From contig JBNJNM010000006.1 of assembly GCA_052426225.1 (NCBI GenBank), positions 1,240,001-1,304,000 on the forward strand: a stretch of 64,000 nt of DNA, in the 5' to 3' direction. The DNA is from Zancudomyces culisetae HAW-14-8 (Eukaryota; Fungi; Kickxellomycota). The position numbers and the translations under genes are program-made. Numbering within the stretch: position 1 is the first letter of the stretch; each line of letters begins with the position of its first letter. This document shows, in pieces, positions 38,794-50,920 of this stretch. The notes below the pieces were generated by a model. It did no database searches, was not told where the DNA came from, and saw only the letters and a program-made list of their open reading frames with translations.

Positions 38794-41700
38794 TGTTATA
38801 TAGTGGCCAGATCTACCTCTAGCCATTATATAATAATATCCTCTAACAACTTAAGTAACTTTAATTTTATTAATTTTTATGTCTATCAATTAATACTAGT
38901 TTAATATATATTATAGGTTAAAAGTTATTTTCAAGTTTGCCTAGTTTTTTTTATCCTTCTGGATTTTTTCTACAGCAAACAGTTTATTAAAAATATCATT
39001 ATTTAGAACATTATATATTATAAATTTAGTTTATATAAAAATTATAAAATAGTATAAAAATAGCTTGAAAAACTATGCTATACAATATCAATAAAATTTT
39101 GGTCAAAGATACAATTCTATCGAGCAATAACATATATTTAGTATTTAAATTAAAGTTAATTAAACAATATACTTGTTATCATTAGAATTGAATACACCAA
39201 TTATATAGAAAAACTAAGTTTTTCTATAACAGTGGCGTCGGCGACAGGATTCAAAGTATTTTTTAGTTTAGAAATTTGAATTTAACTATCATCATGAATG
39301 TCCCTAAAGTATTTTCCTCATCAAGTCAGTTAGATACGGCGGAATGGATCGAAGAATTTCGACTTATGGCAAAGTTAAATAAATGGGCTAATGACGATTG
39401 GATTGATTTTATCAAACTATATTTAGGCAGCAATGAGAAAATATGGTATAAAAAGAATAAATCATTATTTACAAGTTGGGAAGTTTTTGTGAACTTATTT
39501 GTACAAAAGTTTGCAAATGTTAAGACTAAATCACAGATTTGGGAAAAGCTCAGAACTATTAATCAAGCAGACTTTAGCACCATTGAAGAATTGGAATTAG
39601 AGTTACAAGAGTTATTGGATGGTGCAACCATTAAGGAAAGTAGTCTGAGAACTGATTGGCTACTTAGTACCTTAAGTATTGAAAGCAAGAAGATTGTCGA
39701 GGAGGAAAGCTTAAAGGAATGGAGTGAGATTGTTTCGAGGTTAGTCATTGAAGAAAACAGTGCAAAAGTTAAGATTAAGAAATAAAATACTGATTCAGAT
39801 AATTCCCATAAAGAGTATGTCCGGAATGCGGCTAGTAAGTCTGGGAAGAACGTTAAAGAATTGGTTAAGGACCAAAAACCATATAATCAATTCCTAAAAA
39901 TGTTTGGAGATCTAAGTGTGAATTTAATAAATAAAGTTGATGAAGTAGTTGAGAAACGTTTAAAAGAAGTAGAATCAAGTCGACAGAGATATCTTGGACC
40001 TAGAAAAATTATTTGTTATAACTGTCAAAAAGAGGGTCATGCACGTTACGAATGTCCATTGTTAAAGAAAAATGAAGCGGAAACTAAGAAACCAGTTGAA
40101 GCAGAAAAAGTTATCAATTTTATACAGTTAGCAGAGGAAATGGATAATGACATTGGAGAAATATGTGCTGTTGAGAAACGAAAGGGTATACCAGAAGTGG
40201 AGATTGAAGTACCGCGCAAGGTTGGAAGACCAAGATTGGATGATACTGCACAAAATGTTAGGGTTAGAACGACTAACGCTAACTCTGAAACAACAACATC
40301 AAATTTGAAAACTGTGTCAGGAACAATATCAACCGATTTAGTAAAACCATTTTCTTTAGTTAGTGAATTGGAGAAACTAACAGTCAAAGTAAACGTACTT
40401 CAACTTTTAGATAGTTCTACCACATTATCAAAGGAATTACTGGATTACATAAATAAAAATAAAACTGCTGAATTAAACGAACTTGAAGTGGAAGAAAAAA
40501 GACTTTCAAATTGTAAGGCGTTGGTTAAAATATTTGGATTAAGTATATGGGCTATTATCGATACTGGTGCGTCTTGTTCAGTAGTGTCTCCGGGATTAGT
40601 CGAAGAATGGGGCTTAAGCCCAGATAACTATGAAAAACAAGTCATTGTAACAGCTGATGGTAAACGACATCCTACACTTGGAAAAATCAGTCAAGTACCA
40701 TTAAAGATTTCTTCATTCACATTCCCAGTGAGTTTATGGATTATGGAAAGAAATGAAAATGTACTTATTTTAGGTACTGACTGGCTACTAGAGCATCGTG
40801 TATCTCTTAATTTACAGATACCTGAGATTAGACTTCATATTGATAATGCGGAAATTTCAACTAAATTAATTACCTATTCAAATAGACAAACATTAGTAGA
40901 AGAACAAGAAATATTTTTATTGTGTAAAGAAAAAACTATAGGCATAAGTAACAACGATGATAAAATATATGAGGATGTACTTGATGAATTTTCAGACATT
41001 TTTGTGAATGATATATCACAATTAACTCAAACAAATGTTACTGAACATAAAATTGAACTTATTGACTCGACTCCTATTAAACTTAGACCTTATCGTATGC
41101 CTCAGCAGATGCAAGAGCAAGTAAGAAAGGAGTTAGACGAAATGGAGAAGCGCGGTGTAATATCGTCGTGTATATCTGAATGGTGTGCACCGGTGGTTGT
41201 TGTACACAAGAAAAATGGCAAACTACGAGTTTGTGCAGATTATCGAAAACTGAATGCGGTAACTCGAAAGGACTCATATCCATTACCAATCATAGATGAT
41301 TTGTTTATGGCCTTATCTGGATCCACTATATTCACTTCGCTTGATGCGCTTAGTGGATTCTGGCAGATAAGGATGAGAGAAGCTGATAAATGTAAAACTG
41401 CATTTTCAATTCCAGGCGGTGGCAGTTATCAATATAATGTGATGCCCTTTGGACTCACTAATAGTCCTGCAACTTTTCAACGGGCAATGGAAGTAGTTTT
41501 AAAAGATGTGTTGTGGAAAAAAGCCGTTGTTTTCGTCGATGATATTATTATTTATTCAAAAAATATAACTCAACACGTTGAAGATTTAAAGGAAGTATTT
41601 ATGTTATTGCGTAAGAACAATATTCAGCTACATAAAGATAAATGTGTTATTGGACAACGAAAGCTTGAATATTTAGGACATGTAGTTTCAGATAAAGGAA

Positions 41701-44122
41701 TTGGAACTAGTCCATCTAAAATTGAGTCCATAAAGCAAATACAACCACCCAAATGTGTCAAAGAACTGCAGTCAATTTTGGGTTTAACCGGCTATTACCG
41801 CAAGTATATTCAAGGATATTCGTTTATCACAGCACCTTTAAATTTATTGTTAAGAAAGGAAAGTATATGGGAGTGGAAGAATGAACAGCAAGCCGCTCTT
41901 GATAAATTGAAAGAAAAGCTAATTACGGCACCTATTTTAGGATTTCCGAATTGGTCTCAGCAGTTCGTAATTACCACTGATGCTTCAATAATCGGTATAG
42001 GAGCAGTATTGTCTCAATTTATAAATGGTACAGAAGTTGTTATAGAGTTCGCAAGTCGATCTACAAATAAGGCAGAAAAGAATTATGCTATTAGTCACTT
42101 AGAAGCATTAGCCGTTATTTGGGCTGTAAAAAAATTTAAATTTTATGTTTGGAGTCGGAAATTTATTATCAGGACTGATCATAAGTCTTTAATTCAAATA
42201 TTTAATGGAACAGAATTGACTGGTAGAATTGCAAGGTGGGCCATGATCTTGCGCAACTACGATTATGATATTGAACACTTACCTGGAAGGAACAACCCAG
42301 CTGACGGATTGTCTAGGATAGATAAAGCTAAACCTAATAGTACCGATAGCCTTGATTTGGATGTGTATGCTATGGATATTATAGAATATTCTGACATTAT
42401 AAATTATATTACAACTATGAACTATCCGGTTGGAGCTACTGAAAAAGTTCGCGAAAGATTAAGAAACAAATCAAAACAATATCGAGTCATTAATGGTAAG
42501 CTTCACAGAATAGTAAAAAACAAAATAAAGGAAGTCTTACATGAACATAATGCAAAGGAAATTATTAATAACATTCACCAAGAGGGGCACGAGGGAGTCG
42601 AGAATACTTGGAAAAGGGTTTCTAATTTATATACTGGAAGAGGGTTATTTAAGGATGTTGTGGATATAGTAAAAAGCTGTCACACATGTCAACTATACCA
42701 AGGTGGTAAATCAAAAATAAATGAACTAAATCCAATATTTACCTCAACGCCATTTCAGATCATAGGGATTGATGCAGTAGGCCCGATTACACCAATCTCT
42801 GAAAATGGTAACAGATTTATTCTAACTGCTATTGACTACTTTTCTAAATGGCCCATTGCTGTCCCTGTTGCTAACCTACTTAGTGAAACAGTAATAAATT
42901 TTATTATAAATGAGGTAATTGCACATTATGGTGTACCCCAACAGATAATTTCTGATCGAGGATCAAGTTTTGTTTCAAATGCAACGACCAAGGTTTTTGA
43001 ATGGTTGGGAGTAAACCATACCCCGACTACATCGTATAGACCACAAAGCAACGGTCAAGTTGAGCGCTTTAATCGTACTTTAACAAATATTCTTAAGAAA
43101 CAATGTAGTGAAAAAAAAAATAATTGGGATACCTACCTTTGGAAAACATTGTTGGTGATTCGTTCTTTAAAAAATAAATCGACTGGTTATAGTCCCGCTG
43201 AATTATTATATGGTGTTAATATATTCTTGCCTAGCACTTGGAAATACAACGGTGATATTGAGAATGAAGAAGAAAATATTAACAGTAGAATAAAAAATTT
43301 TCAAGTAAATTTACAGGAATTACGTAAGCTGGCTTATCAAAAATCAGTAGTTGCAAAACAGAAAATGGAAAGTTATATAACAAAAGTGTGAAGAATTTTA
43401 AATTTAAAGTTAACGATATAGTTTTAAAACGTGTGGAAATAGATTGATCGAAGTTCGAAAAACTGTGGGAAGGCCCTTATATAATAGAACGAATCTTATC
43501 AAAAGGGACATATATTATACATGATAATCACGGAAATCGCGAATAAATAAACGGGGATTAATTGAAAATTTACAATGCGCGAAACGGAATGATACCTGAA
43601 GTAACAACGACACTAAAATCAAAGTTGAAACGATTTAAACAAGTGGGTCAAGATGAGGGCATCTTCCCATAAATGGGGGGATACTGTTATATAGTGGCCA
43701 GATCTACCTCTAGCCATTATATAATAATATCCTCTAACAACTTAAGTAACTTTAATTTTATTAATTTTTATGTCTATCAATTAATACTAGTTTAATATAT
43801 ATTATAGGTTAAAAGTTATTTTCAAGTTTGCCTAGTTTTTTTTATCCTTCTGGATTTTTTCTACAGCAAACAGTTTATTAAAAATATCATTATTTAGAAC
43901 ATTATATATTATAAATTTAGTTTATATAAAAATTATAAAATAGTATAAAAATAGCTTGAAATACTATGCTATACAATATCAATAAAATTTTGGTCAAAGA
44001 TACAATTCTATCGAGCAATAACATATATTTAGTATTGTAATTAAAGTTAATTAAACAATATACTTGTTATCATTAGAATTGAATACACCAATTATATAGA
44101 AAAACTAAGTTTTTCTATAACA
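38794..44122 (+). mobile_element. Ty3/gypsy LTR retrotransposon F, full length, lightly defective
   Basis: 438-bp LTRs 38794..39231 and 43685..44122 (about three differences seen), PBS tggcgtcggcgacaggatt (probably tRNA-Ser), PPT aaatgggggg, TSD ACAC (38790-93, 47797-800). Confidence 0.96.
39294..43672 (+). pseudogene. Single-frame gag-pol of element F
   Basis: Gag, CCHC knuckle (CYNCQKEGHARYEC), IIDTGA, FVDD, RNase H, integrase; in-frame TAA at 39783, frameshift near 43380 and further stops. Confidence 0.92.
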
Positions 44123-47100
44123 TGTCGCATTATTAACAATTTGTACAATAGCACGTGGATGTGCCTGAAAATGGTACACTCAGTGCGAAAATGCAAATTC
44201 ATTTTTGTTTACTTTTTTTAAATAAATTCAAATAATTTCGAGCTCAGTATGCAATCAATTTTTCATACTGAGCTAGTTCAATAATGATGAATGTAAAATG
44301 TAAAATGATCCCATGCATTTTACATTTATCATTAATAACAAACAAATTATTAATAATATTATAACAATAGTCATATTTTAGTATTTAGTTTTATATAGTG
44401 GTTTAACATTCGAATAGTATATTTAAGGAGACGTATGGATGACATATGAAAACATCATCCATGTCTCGATACGGAATACTATAATAAAATAATTAAATAA
44501 AATCAAATATAAACCAAAAGATAAATTAGCAATAATGTTTTTAAACAGTTGGATTGGAACCGAATGTGACTCCAGGAGGGAGTCACACACTTCTACCAGC
44601 ATGAGCAGGGGCAGCAGCATGGATCAGGATGCAGGGGTATTAAGTCCCCGCACCCTTGGTGAGTTGACAGAAAGTGTCCGTCAACTCCAGATCCGTAGGA
44701 GCCCGGAAGAAATGTCGGTGAGTACAATTTCACCGACACTGTACAGGGGTATTAGCTCACCCGAGCACCCCTCGATGCACATTGCATTACGCAATAGAAG
44801 TGCATCAACCATCAGTGATCGTACCAGAACCGGTATAACACGTGATGGTAGCGCTAATGGAAGTAGTGATACTTCACATTATGCGACATGGCGTCAGCGA
44901 CAGGATCATCATTCTACTGATGATCACATGGATAGAAGACCGATGAGTGCAAGCCCGGAATTGTATGAATCACCAGCACTGTACTTCTCACCTAGAAGTT
45001 CTGATAGTGCGAGAACACCGTCACCACCTAGTCCCACGACTGCACAAGTTGCGAAAAGATTGTTTGTAAGCGGGGTTAATAAAATAAAGGAGTACGCACC
45101 GAAAACCATTGAAATTTTTAATTTTGATACTGCACCAGGAAAACAAAAAGAAAATACTAAAACAGAAGCGAGTACCAGCAAAATAAGACAACAAGTAATA
45201 GGGAGTAAATCAGCTAAAGAAGTGTTGGAATCAAACGTGAAGGCTACTCAGGAGCGAATGAGGAAAGGTCAAGATAACAATGCACCAGGTTGGTTACCAG
45301 TACCACCGGCACCGTTTAGCAATTCATGGGATCAAGATCCCGAGGAGTTTTTGAATAAGTTTTGCAAACATGTGAACTCATTGGAGCAGATTTTAACATT
45401 AGAGGAAACTTACCAGTACTTGGAAACTTTGTTGGAAGGCTCGATAAAGAAAACTTTAATGGATCTTATGGTTATAGAAGACAACTGGGAAGATTATTGC
45501 AAAATGTTTATAAACACTTGCAATAAATACAGGGATACTTCGGAGGCACGGAAACAGTTTGAAAAGTACAATTTATATATTAATAACCCAATAACAACTT
45601 TTGCAGATTTAAAGAGATTATTTAAAAATATGAAAGTTGATGACGAAACTAAAATGACAGAAGAAGTTTTTAAAAAACTAAACCCGTCGGATAAACAGCA
45701 TTTAAGGAATAATAAGGAAAGTATTACCATGAAGTCAATGTTAAAATATATGTTACAACGTGAGGAAGATATATTGGAATCGAAAAAGGCTCAGGGAAAA
45801 ATAAATACAAAATCAGATAATAACAAAAATACTAAAATTACAAATACATATAAAAAACATTTTGAGAATAACACTATTCAGAATGGTAACAAAAGTGATT
45901 ATTATAACAGTGAAGAGCAGGATAATAACCAGTTTAAAATTAGAGGGTTAACAAGGAAAATATCGGAAGATAAATACGAAACTCCAACCAAAGCAGGGAA
46001 ACAGCAGCGGTCAGACATTAGTAAGGTAAAGTGCTATAAGTGTCAACAATACGGACATTATGCTAATAACTGTTCGACAGAGCTGGAAGACATAGAGATG
46101 AGAACAGCAACACCAATAAAGAGAATTGAGGATAACCCGAAGGAAATAAATTGGGTCGAAGTACAAGAAGGAACCAATGAACATCCCATATACACCCAGG
46201 ACGAATTAAGCACCAAGATAAATGCTATCATAGGCAAAGTAAAAATTAACGGCAATGAAACCAGTTTTCAATACGACAGCGGAGCTGCCACAAACTTGAT
46301 GAGTCACACCATGGCAGAAACTCTAGGATTAGGGATAGGAGAAGAAACAGATACTACTTTAGTAGGAATAGGAGGACACCAGTCTAAGCCAAAGTATTAC
46401 CCATCAGTGAAGTTAAATTTTGATACGTTTACACTAAATGCACCTATATATTCTATAGAAAATGGAAAACCAAACTTACTGTTGTTAGGAGTTGACTTAA
46501 TTGCAATCTTGAAAGCTAACATAAATTTGAAAGACAACCTGATAACCTGCACAATAAAAGGGATAAATCATAAAATACCGATAGCTTTAAGAAAGGAGGA
46601 TTCGAGCGTAATCAAGGAAAACGAAAAAATTTGTAACACTGTTGAAGTTTTGGCCAAAACGAACCCAAAGTCTAGTAAGAAAAAGATTAGGAAAACTACA
46701 AAACATAACTATTACAATAATGAAATGGAACTTACCGACTGGAAAAATCCAGGAGAGAAAACCATGATTCAGGACCATAATTGTAAAAATTCGAAATCGA
46801 ACAAAGTTACAAAGGTCAAAAGTGAAAACAGTATACTGGAAAATTTTAAAATTAAGGACCTACAATTAAAATCTAAAAATATAAATGAAAACGAAAATGA
46901 AAATTGGAAATTTGAACATGATACAAAAGACAAATGCATATCAAGAGACCTAACCGAAAACAAAAAAATAAAACAACCAACGACAGTTCCAATGATCGAG
47001 GACGATCAGACTTAAAAGGGGAGGAATGTCGCATTATTAACAATTTGTACAATAGCACGTGGATGTGCCTGAAAATGGTACACTCAGTGCGAAAATGCAA

Positions 47101-47792
47101 ATTCATTTTTGTTTACTTTTTTTAAATAAATTCAAATAATTTCGAGCTCAGTATGCAATCAATTTTTCATACTGAGCTAGTTCAATAATGATGAATGTAA
47201 AATGTAAAATGATCCCATGCATTTTACATTTATCATTAATAACAAACAAATTATTAATAATATTATAACAATAGTCATATTTTAGTATTTAGTTTTATAT
47301 AGTGGTTTAACATTCGAATAGTATATTTAAGGAGACGTATGGATGACATATGAAAACATCATCCATGTCTCGATACGGAATACTATAATAAAATAATTAA
47401 ATAAAATCAAATATAAACCAAAAGATAAATTAGCAATAATGTTTTTAAACAGTTGGATTGGAACCGAATGTGACTCCAGGAGGGAGTCACACACTTCTAC
47501 CAGCATGAGCAGGGGCAGCAGCATGGATCAGGATGCAGGGGTATTAAGTCCCCGCACCCTTGGTGAGTTGACAGAAAGTGTCCGTCAACTCCAGATCCGT
47601 AGGAGCCCGGAAGAAATGTCGGTGAGTACAATTTCACCGACACTGTACAGGGGTATTAGCTCACCCGAGCACCCCTCGATGCACATTGCATTACGCAATA
47701 GAAGTGCATCAACCATCAGTGATCGTACCAGAACCGGTATAACACGTGATGGTAGCGCTAATGGAAGTAGTGATACTTCACATTATGCGACA
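44123..47792 (+). mobile_element. Non-autonomous LTR element G (family A LTRs; Gag and protease only)
   Basis: Two 766-bp LTRs (44123..44888, 47027..47792) with no difference seen, PBS tggcgtcagcgacaggat, PPT aaaaggggaggaa, TSD AACA (44119-22, 47793-96). Confidence 0.95.
44535..47015 (+). CDS. gag: Gag-protease polyprotein starting inside the 5' LTR
   Basis: 826-aa ORF; CCHC CYKCQQYGHYANNC; protease FQYDSGA and LLLGVD; no RT, RNase H or integrase; stop just before the PPT. Confidence 0.88.
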   Translation: MFLNSWIGTECDSRRESHTSTSMSRGSSMDQDAGVLSPRTLGELTESVRQLQIRRSPEEMSVSTISPTLYRGISSPEHPSMHIALRNRSASTISDRTRTGITRDGSANGSSDTSHYATWRQRQDHHSTDDHMDRRPMSASPELYESPALYFSPRSSDSARTPSPPSPTTAQVAKRLFVSGVNKIKEYAPKTIEIFNFDTAPGKQKENTKTEASTSKIRQQVIGSKSAKEVLESNVKATQERMRKGQDNNAPGWLPVPPAPFSNSWDQDPEEFLNKFCKHVNSLEQILTLEETYQYLETLLEGSIKKTLMDLMVIEDNWEDYCKMFINTCNKYRDTSEARKQFEKYNLYINNPITTFADLKRLFKNMKVDDETKMTEEVFKKLNPSDKQHLRNNKESITMKSMLKYMLQREEDILESKKAQGKINTKSDNNKNTKITNTYKKHFENNTIQNGNKSDYYNSEEQDNNQFKIRGLTRKISEDKYETPTKAGKQQRSDISKVKCYKCQQYGHYANNCSTELEDIEMRTATPIKRIEDNPKEINWVEVQEGTNEHPIYTQDELSTKINAIIGKVKINGNETSFQYDSGAATNLMSHTMAETLGLGIGEETDTTLVGIGGHQSKPKYYPSVKLNFDTFTLNAPIYSIENGKPNLLLLGVDLIAILKANINLKDNLITCTIKGINHKIPIALRKEDSSVIKENEKICNTVEVLAKTNPKSSKKKIRKTTKHNYYNNEMELTDWKNPGEKTMIQDHNCKNSKSNKVTKVKSENSILENFKIKDLQLKSKNINENENENWKFEHDTKDKCISRDLTENKKIKQPTTVPMIEDDQT

Positions 47793-47802
47793 AACAACAC
47801 AT

Positions 47803-47876
47803 GCTTCCATGGCGCAATTGGTTAGCGCGTCTGACTGTTAATCAGGAGGTTGCTAGTTCAAGCCTAGCTGGGAGCG
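47803..47876 (+). tRNA. tRNA-Asn (GTT)
   Basis: Cloverleaf: GCTTCCA/TGGGAGC acceptor, GCGC D-stem, TCTGA-CTGTTAA-TCAGG anticodon arm, GCTAG-TTCAAGC-CTAGC T-arm; T-run terminator follows. Confidence 0.96.
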
Positions 47877-49828
47877 TAATTTTTTAGATTTTTTATTTAA
47901 CAATATACAACATATTTAAATAATTTCCTAAATACCTCTATAACACATGTTGAATTTCGAATCGTAAATACTATATTTAAAAAAAATAATACAATTGTTA
48001 ATCAATTAAAAGTTAGATTAACGCTACTCTCATTTTTCAGCGAATCCATTTATATTCTTTAGTATTAATAATAAACAATGAGCGCAAGGTGGAGTCTAAT
48101 TATCACTATTAAGACGAAATGTTATATAACGAGTGTGAACTACTAAAATGACAACTATAGCCATATTTATCAAGATATTTTATGATATACGTTTAAATGT
48201 ATATTAATAACAGTTGGTGCTAAGTATAAAATAGTTTATTACCGTTTTTTTAATTATTGTCACGATTGACACTAGAAACTAAATTTCTTGGTAATATTTT
48301 ATTTAGGATATATTTATGTTGTGGTTTCGATTAATTTTCACAGACCATGTATAACTGTTCCCGGATATCAAAAATATGGGTATGTTTGATAGTTTTGTTT
48401 AGGTATTGGAATTCATTTCTTCATTTGTTTAAATAAAAACTTTTATTTGTTTGATTATTTTTCTTTATTATGATTTAATTTATTTAATTTACTTAAGTTT
48501 AGTTTAAATGTGTATACGTAGTGTAAATTTAAATATTAAGAACCATATCAAACAATAACTAGAATTTTTATCACGACCAAATAGTACGTTCCACAATAAT
48601 TCTTGAAGGTAAGTTTTAACGTAGTGTAGATTAGTGTATGTATTTTGCTTCTTTTGTTTTTATTTTGTTTTTATTTTGTTTTTAGTTTCTTTATTTTCAA
48701 AACAACGCTACTTCGTTATCTCAAATAATAAATCCTATTTCCACCCTTTATAATATTTAGGTTTAATTTATCTTCTTAGAGAACAGTCCATTATTTTTAT
48801 ATTACATGATCTGCTATAACTAAAATAAAATCAAATTTATAACCCCGTTGTTCCTAAGTTTTTAATTAAACATGAAATGATTCACGTTATTATCCGATTC
48901 GACAGCGGAATCAATACTTTTTCCACATGATTTTATTGCTAAGAATTTCTTAGCAATATATTTTAATCTAGTACTAATATATATAACTATTCTAAAATTA
49001 AAGTAATATATAATTTTGGTCATTTGTTAGTATCATATTTTAATAAATTATTAAAACAAAATTAAGTTTTAATTAAAATGTTGTTTTGAATCAGTATTGA
49101 AAAATACTACGAAATCTTATCATTAGATATTCTAATAATTTTGTAAAATTATAAAAAATATCAAACATTAAATTCGGCATATGTACTAGTGAAATGATAC
49201 GTTACTTGAGTTTAACTGAATTAAACAGGTTTTTACCAACTCAGCATTTATATTAGATTAAAATATTAATTGATAACTATATAAATTTAAAATACTTCTA
49301 TGGATCATTGATGCTATTGATATTGAAATTTAATGTAGATATTAAAATCTATCTGATATATTATTTCGGCTAATGTGATGGCTGAGTTTGTTATAGCACT
49401 GATTATGTCAGTTTTACTCCGGTCCTGGATCACTTCACTAGTTCTGTTTGCCATAATATGAATATTTTAATATCCTTAATTATTGTTATAATAATAAAAC
49501 ACTAAGTATACAATTTAGTATTAAATAATATTTGCTATCAAAATAATTTTACCGTAATTGTAAGGTATTATCTGGTAAGAAAGGCTATAGATGCTATTAT
49601 CGTAGTCCGCGCTCTATAATTCGCTTTGATATTCACTTTACTGTCATAGATCGTTTTTACTATTTATCCCGCTTGCACTCATTAGTAATTTTATTCATCT
49701 AAGAATAGCAATTGAATAACTAGCAAAAACTATGTAGCCGTATATACAATAAGCAAAAAAACAATGATGAGTTAAGGACATATAGATTAAATATAATAAG
49801 CGCCATAAATACAACCATAAAAAGGTAA

Positions 49829-49901
49829 TGATCCAGCCAGGACTCGAACCTGGAATCTCTTGATTCGTAGTCAAGCGCCTTATCCATTGGGCCACAGGAC
49901 C
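49829..49901 (-). tRNA. tRNA-Arg (ACG)
   Basis: GGTCCTGTGGCCCAATGGATAAGGCGCTTGACTACGAATCAAGAGATTCCAGGTTCGAGTCCTGGCTGGATCA; T5 terminator downstream. Confidence 0.96.
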
Positions 49902-49908
49902 AGTTATC

Positions 49909-50915
49909 TGTTGTATAATTACATGTTTAACGTCCTACTGAGTAATATAATTACCCAGTATTATACAGGACGGGACTTTTATTATTATATATTAGGTCTA
50001 TAATTATTGTGGGAGAAAAAGACAATTTATTAATTAATTCAAAACTAGACTATTTAATGCATAAAATAATACTATTTAAATTAACCAATAAAATACAAGG
50101 AAATACAGGTATATATTTCTACTATATAACAGTATCCCCCCTTTAAGCTTGAGTCGCCCTCGACCAAGCTCACCAAAACTACTTAGTCTCTAAAAAATGA
50201 TATTTTAAGTAAATAAAATACTTATAAAACTAAAACTAAGTTGTATCAAGTTCAAAGTTTATCATGTGACTTCACACTGAAATTCCGAATTTCGAACTCA
50301 TAAATGTCGAAAATGATGTTTTCGAGATCGCTTCCTGGACTTCCTACTATGGTGTATTCAGACTCTACATGACCCATGGACCACCCACTTTTGCTTCTGA
50401 AGGTCCCTAGCTAATACTAAAATGCTTCACGCCTGAGATTACCCTTCTACAAGCCGTCCCTCACACTCATCATCTCGCGTCACCTGAAGCCTGTGAGCTC
50501 CTAACGTCTTCTTAGCCTAATTCTATACGCTTTAGTATCCTATTGTCCACTTCTGAACTACTCGAATCGCACGAATTCCGCAATCTGAATTTCGAGATTT
50601 CGAAATTTCGAATCTCATCTTGGCCAATCTCAATTCCAATTCGGCCCAATAAGACTCCTCTCAACAGAGTGGAGTCCTGGCTGGATCACCACTGTTGTAT
50701 AATTACATGTTTAACGTCCTACTGAGTAATATAATTACCCAGTATTATACAGGACGGGACTTTTATTATTATATATTAGGTCTATAATTATTGTGGGAGA
50801 AAAAGACAATTTATTAATTAATTCAAAACTAGACTATTTAATGCATAAAATAATACTATTTAAATTAACCAATAAAATACAAGGAAATACAGGTATATAT
50901 TTCTACTATATAACA
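49909..50915 (-). mobile_element. TRIM-like non-coding LTR element (1007 bp)
   Basis: 223-bp LTRs 49909..50131 and 50693..50915 apparently identical; PBS 50672..50691 matching tRNA-Arg(ACG); PPT aaagggggg; TSD TATC. Confidence 0.93.
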
Positions 50916-50920
50916 TATCT

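Noticed and set aside
49695-49895. 66-aa ORF MAQWIRRLTTNQEIPGSSPG
   Set aside because: Translation of the tRNA-Arg gene
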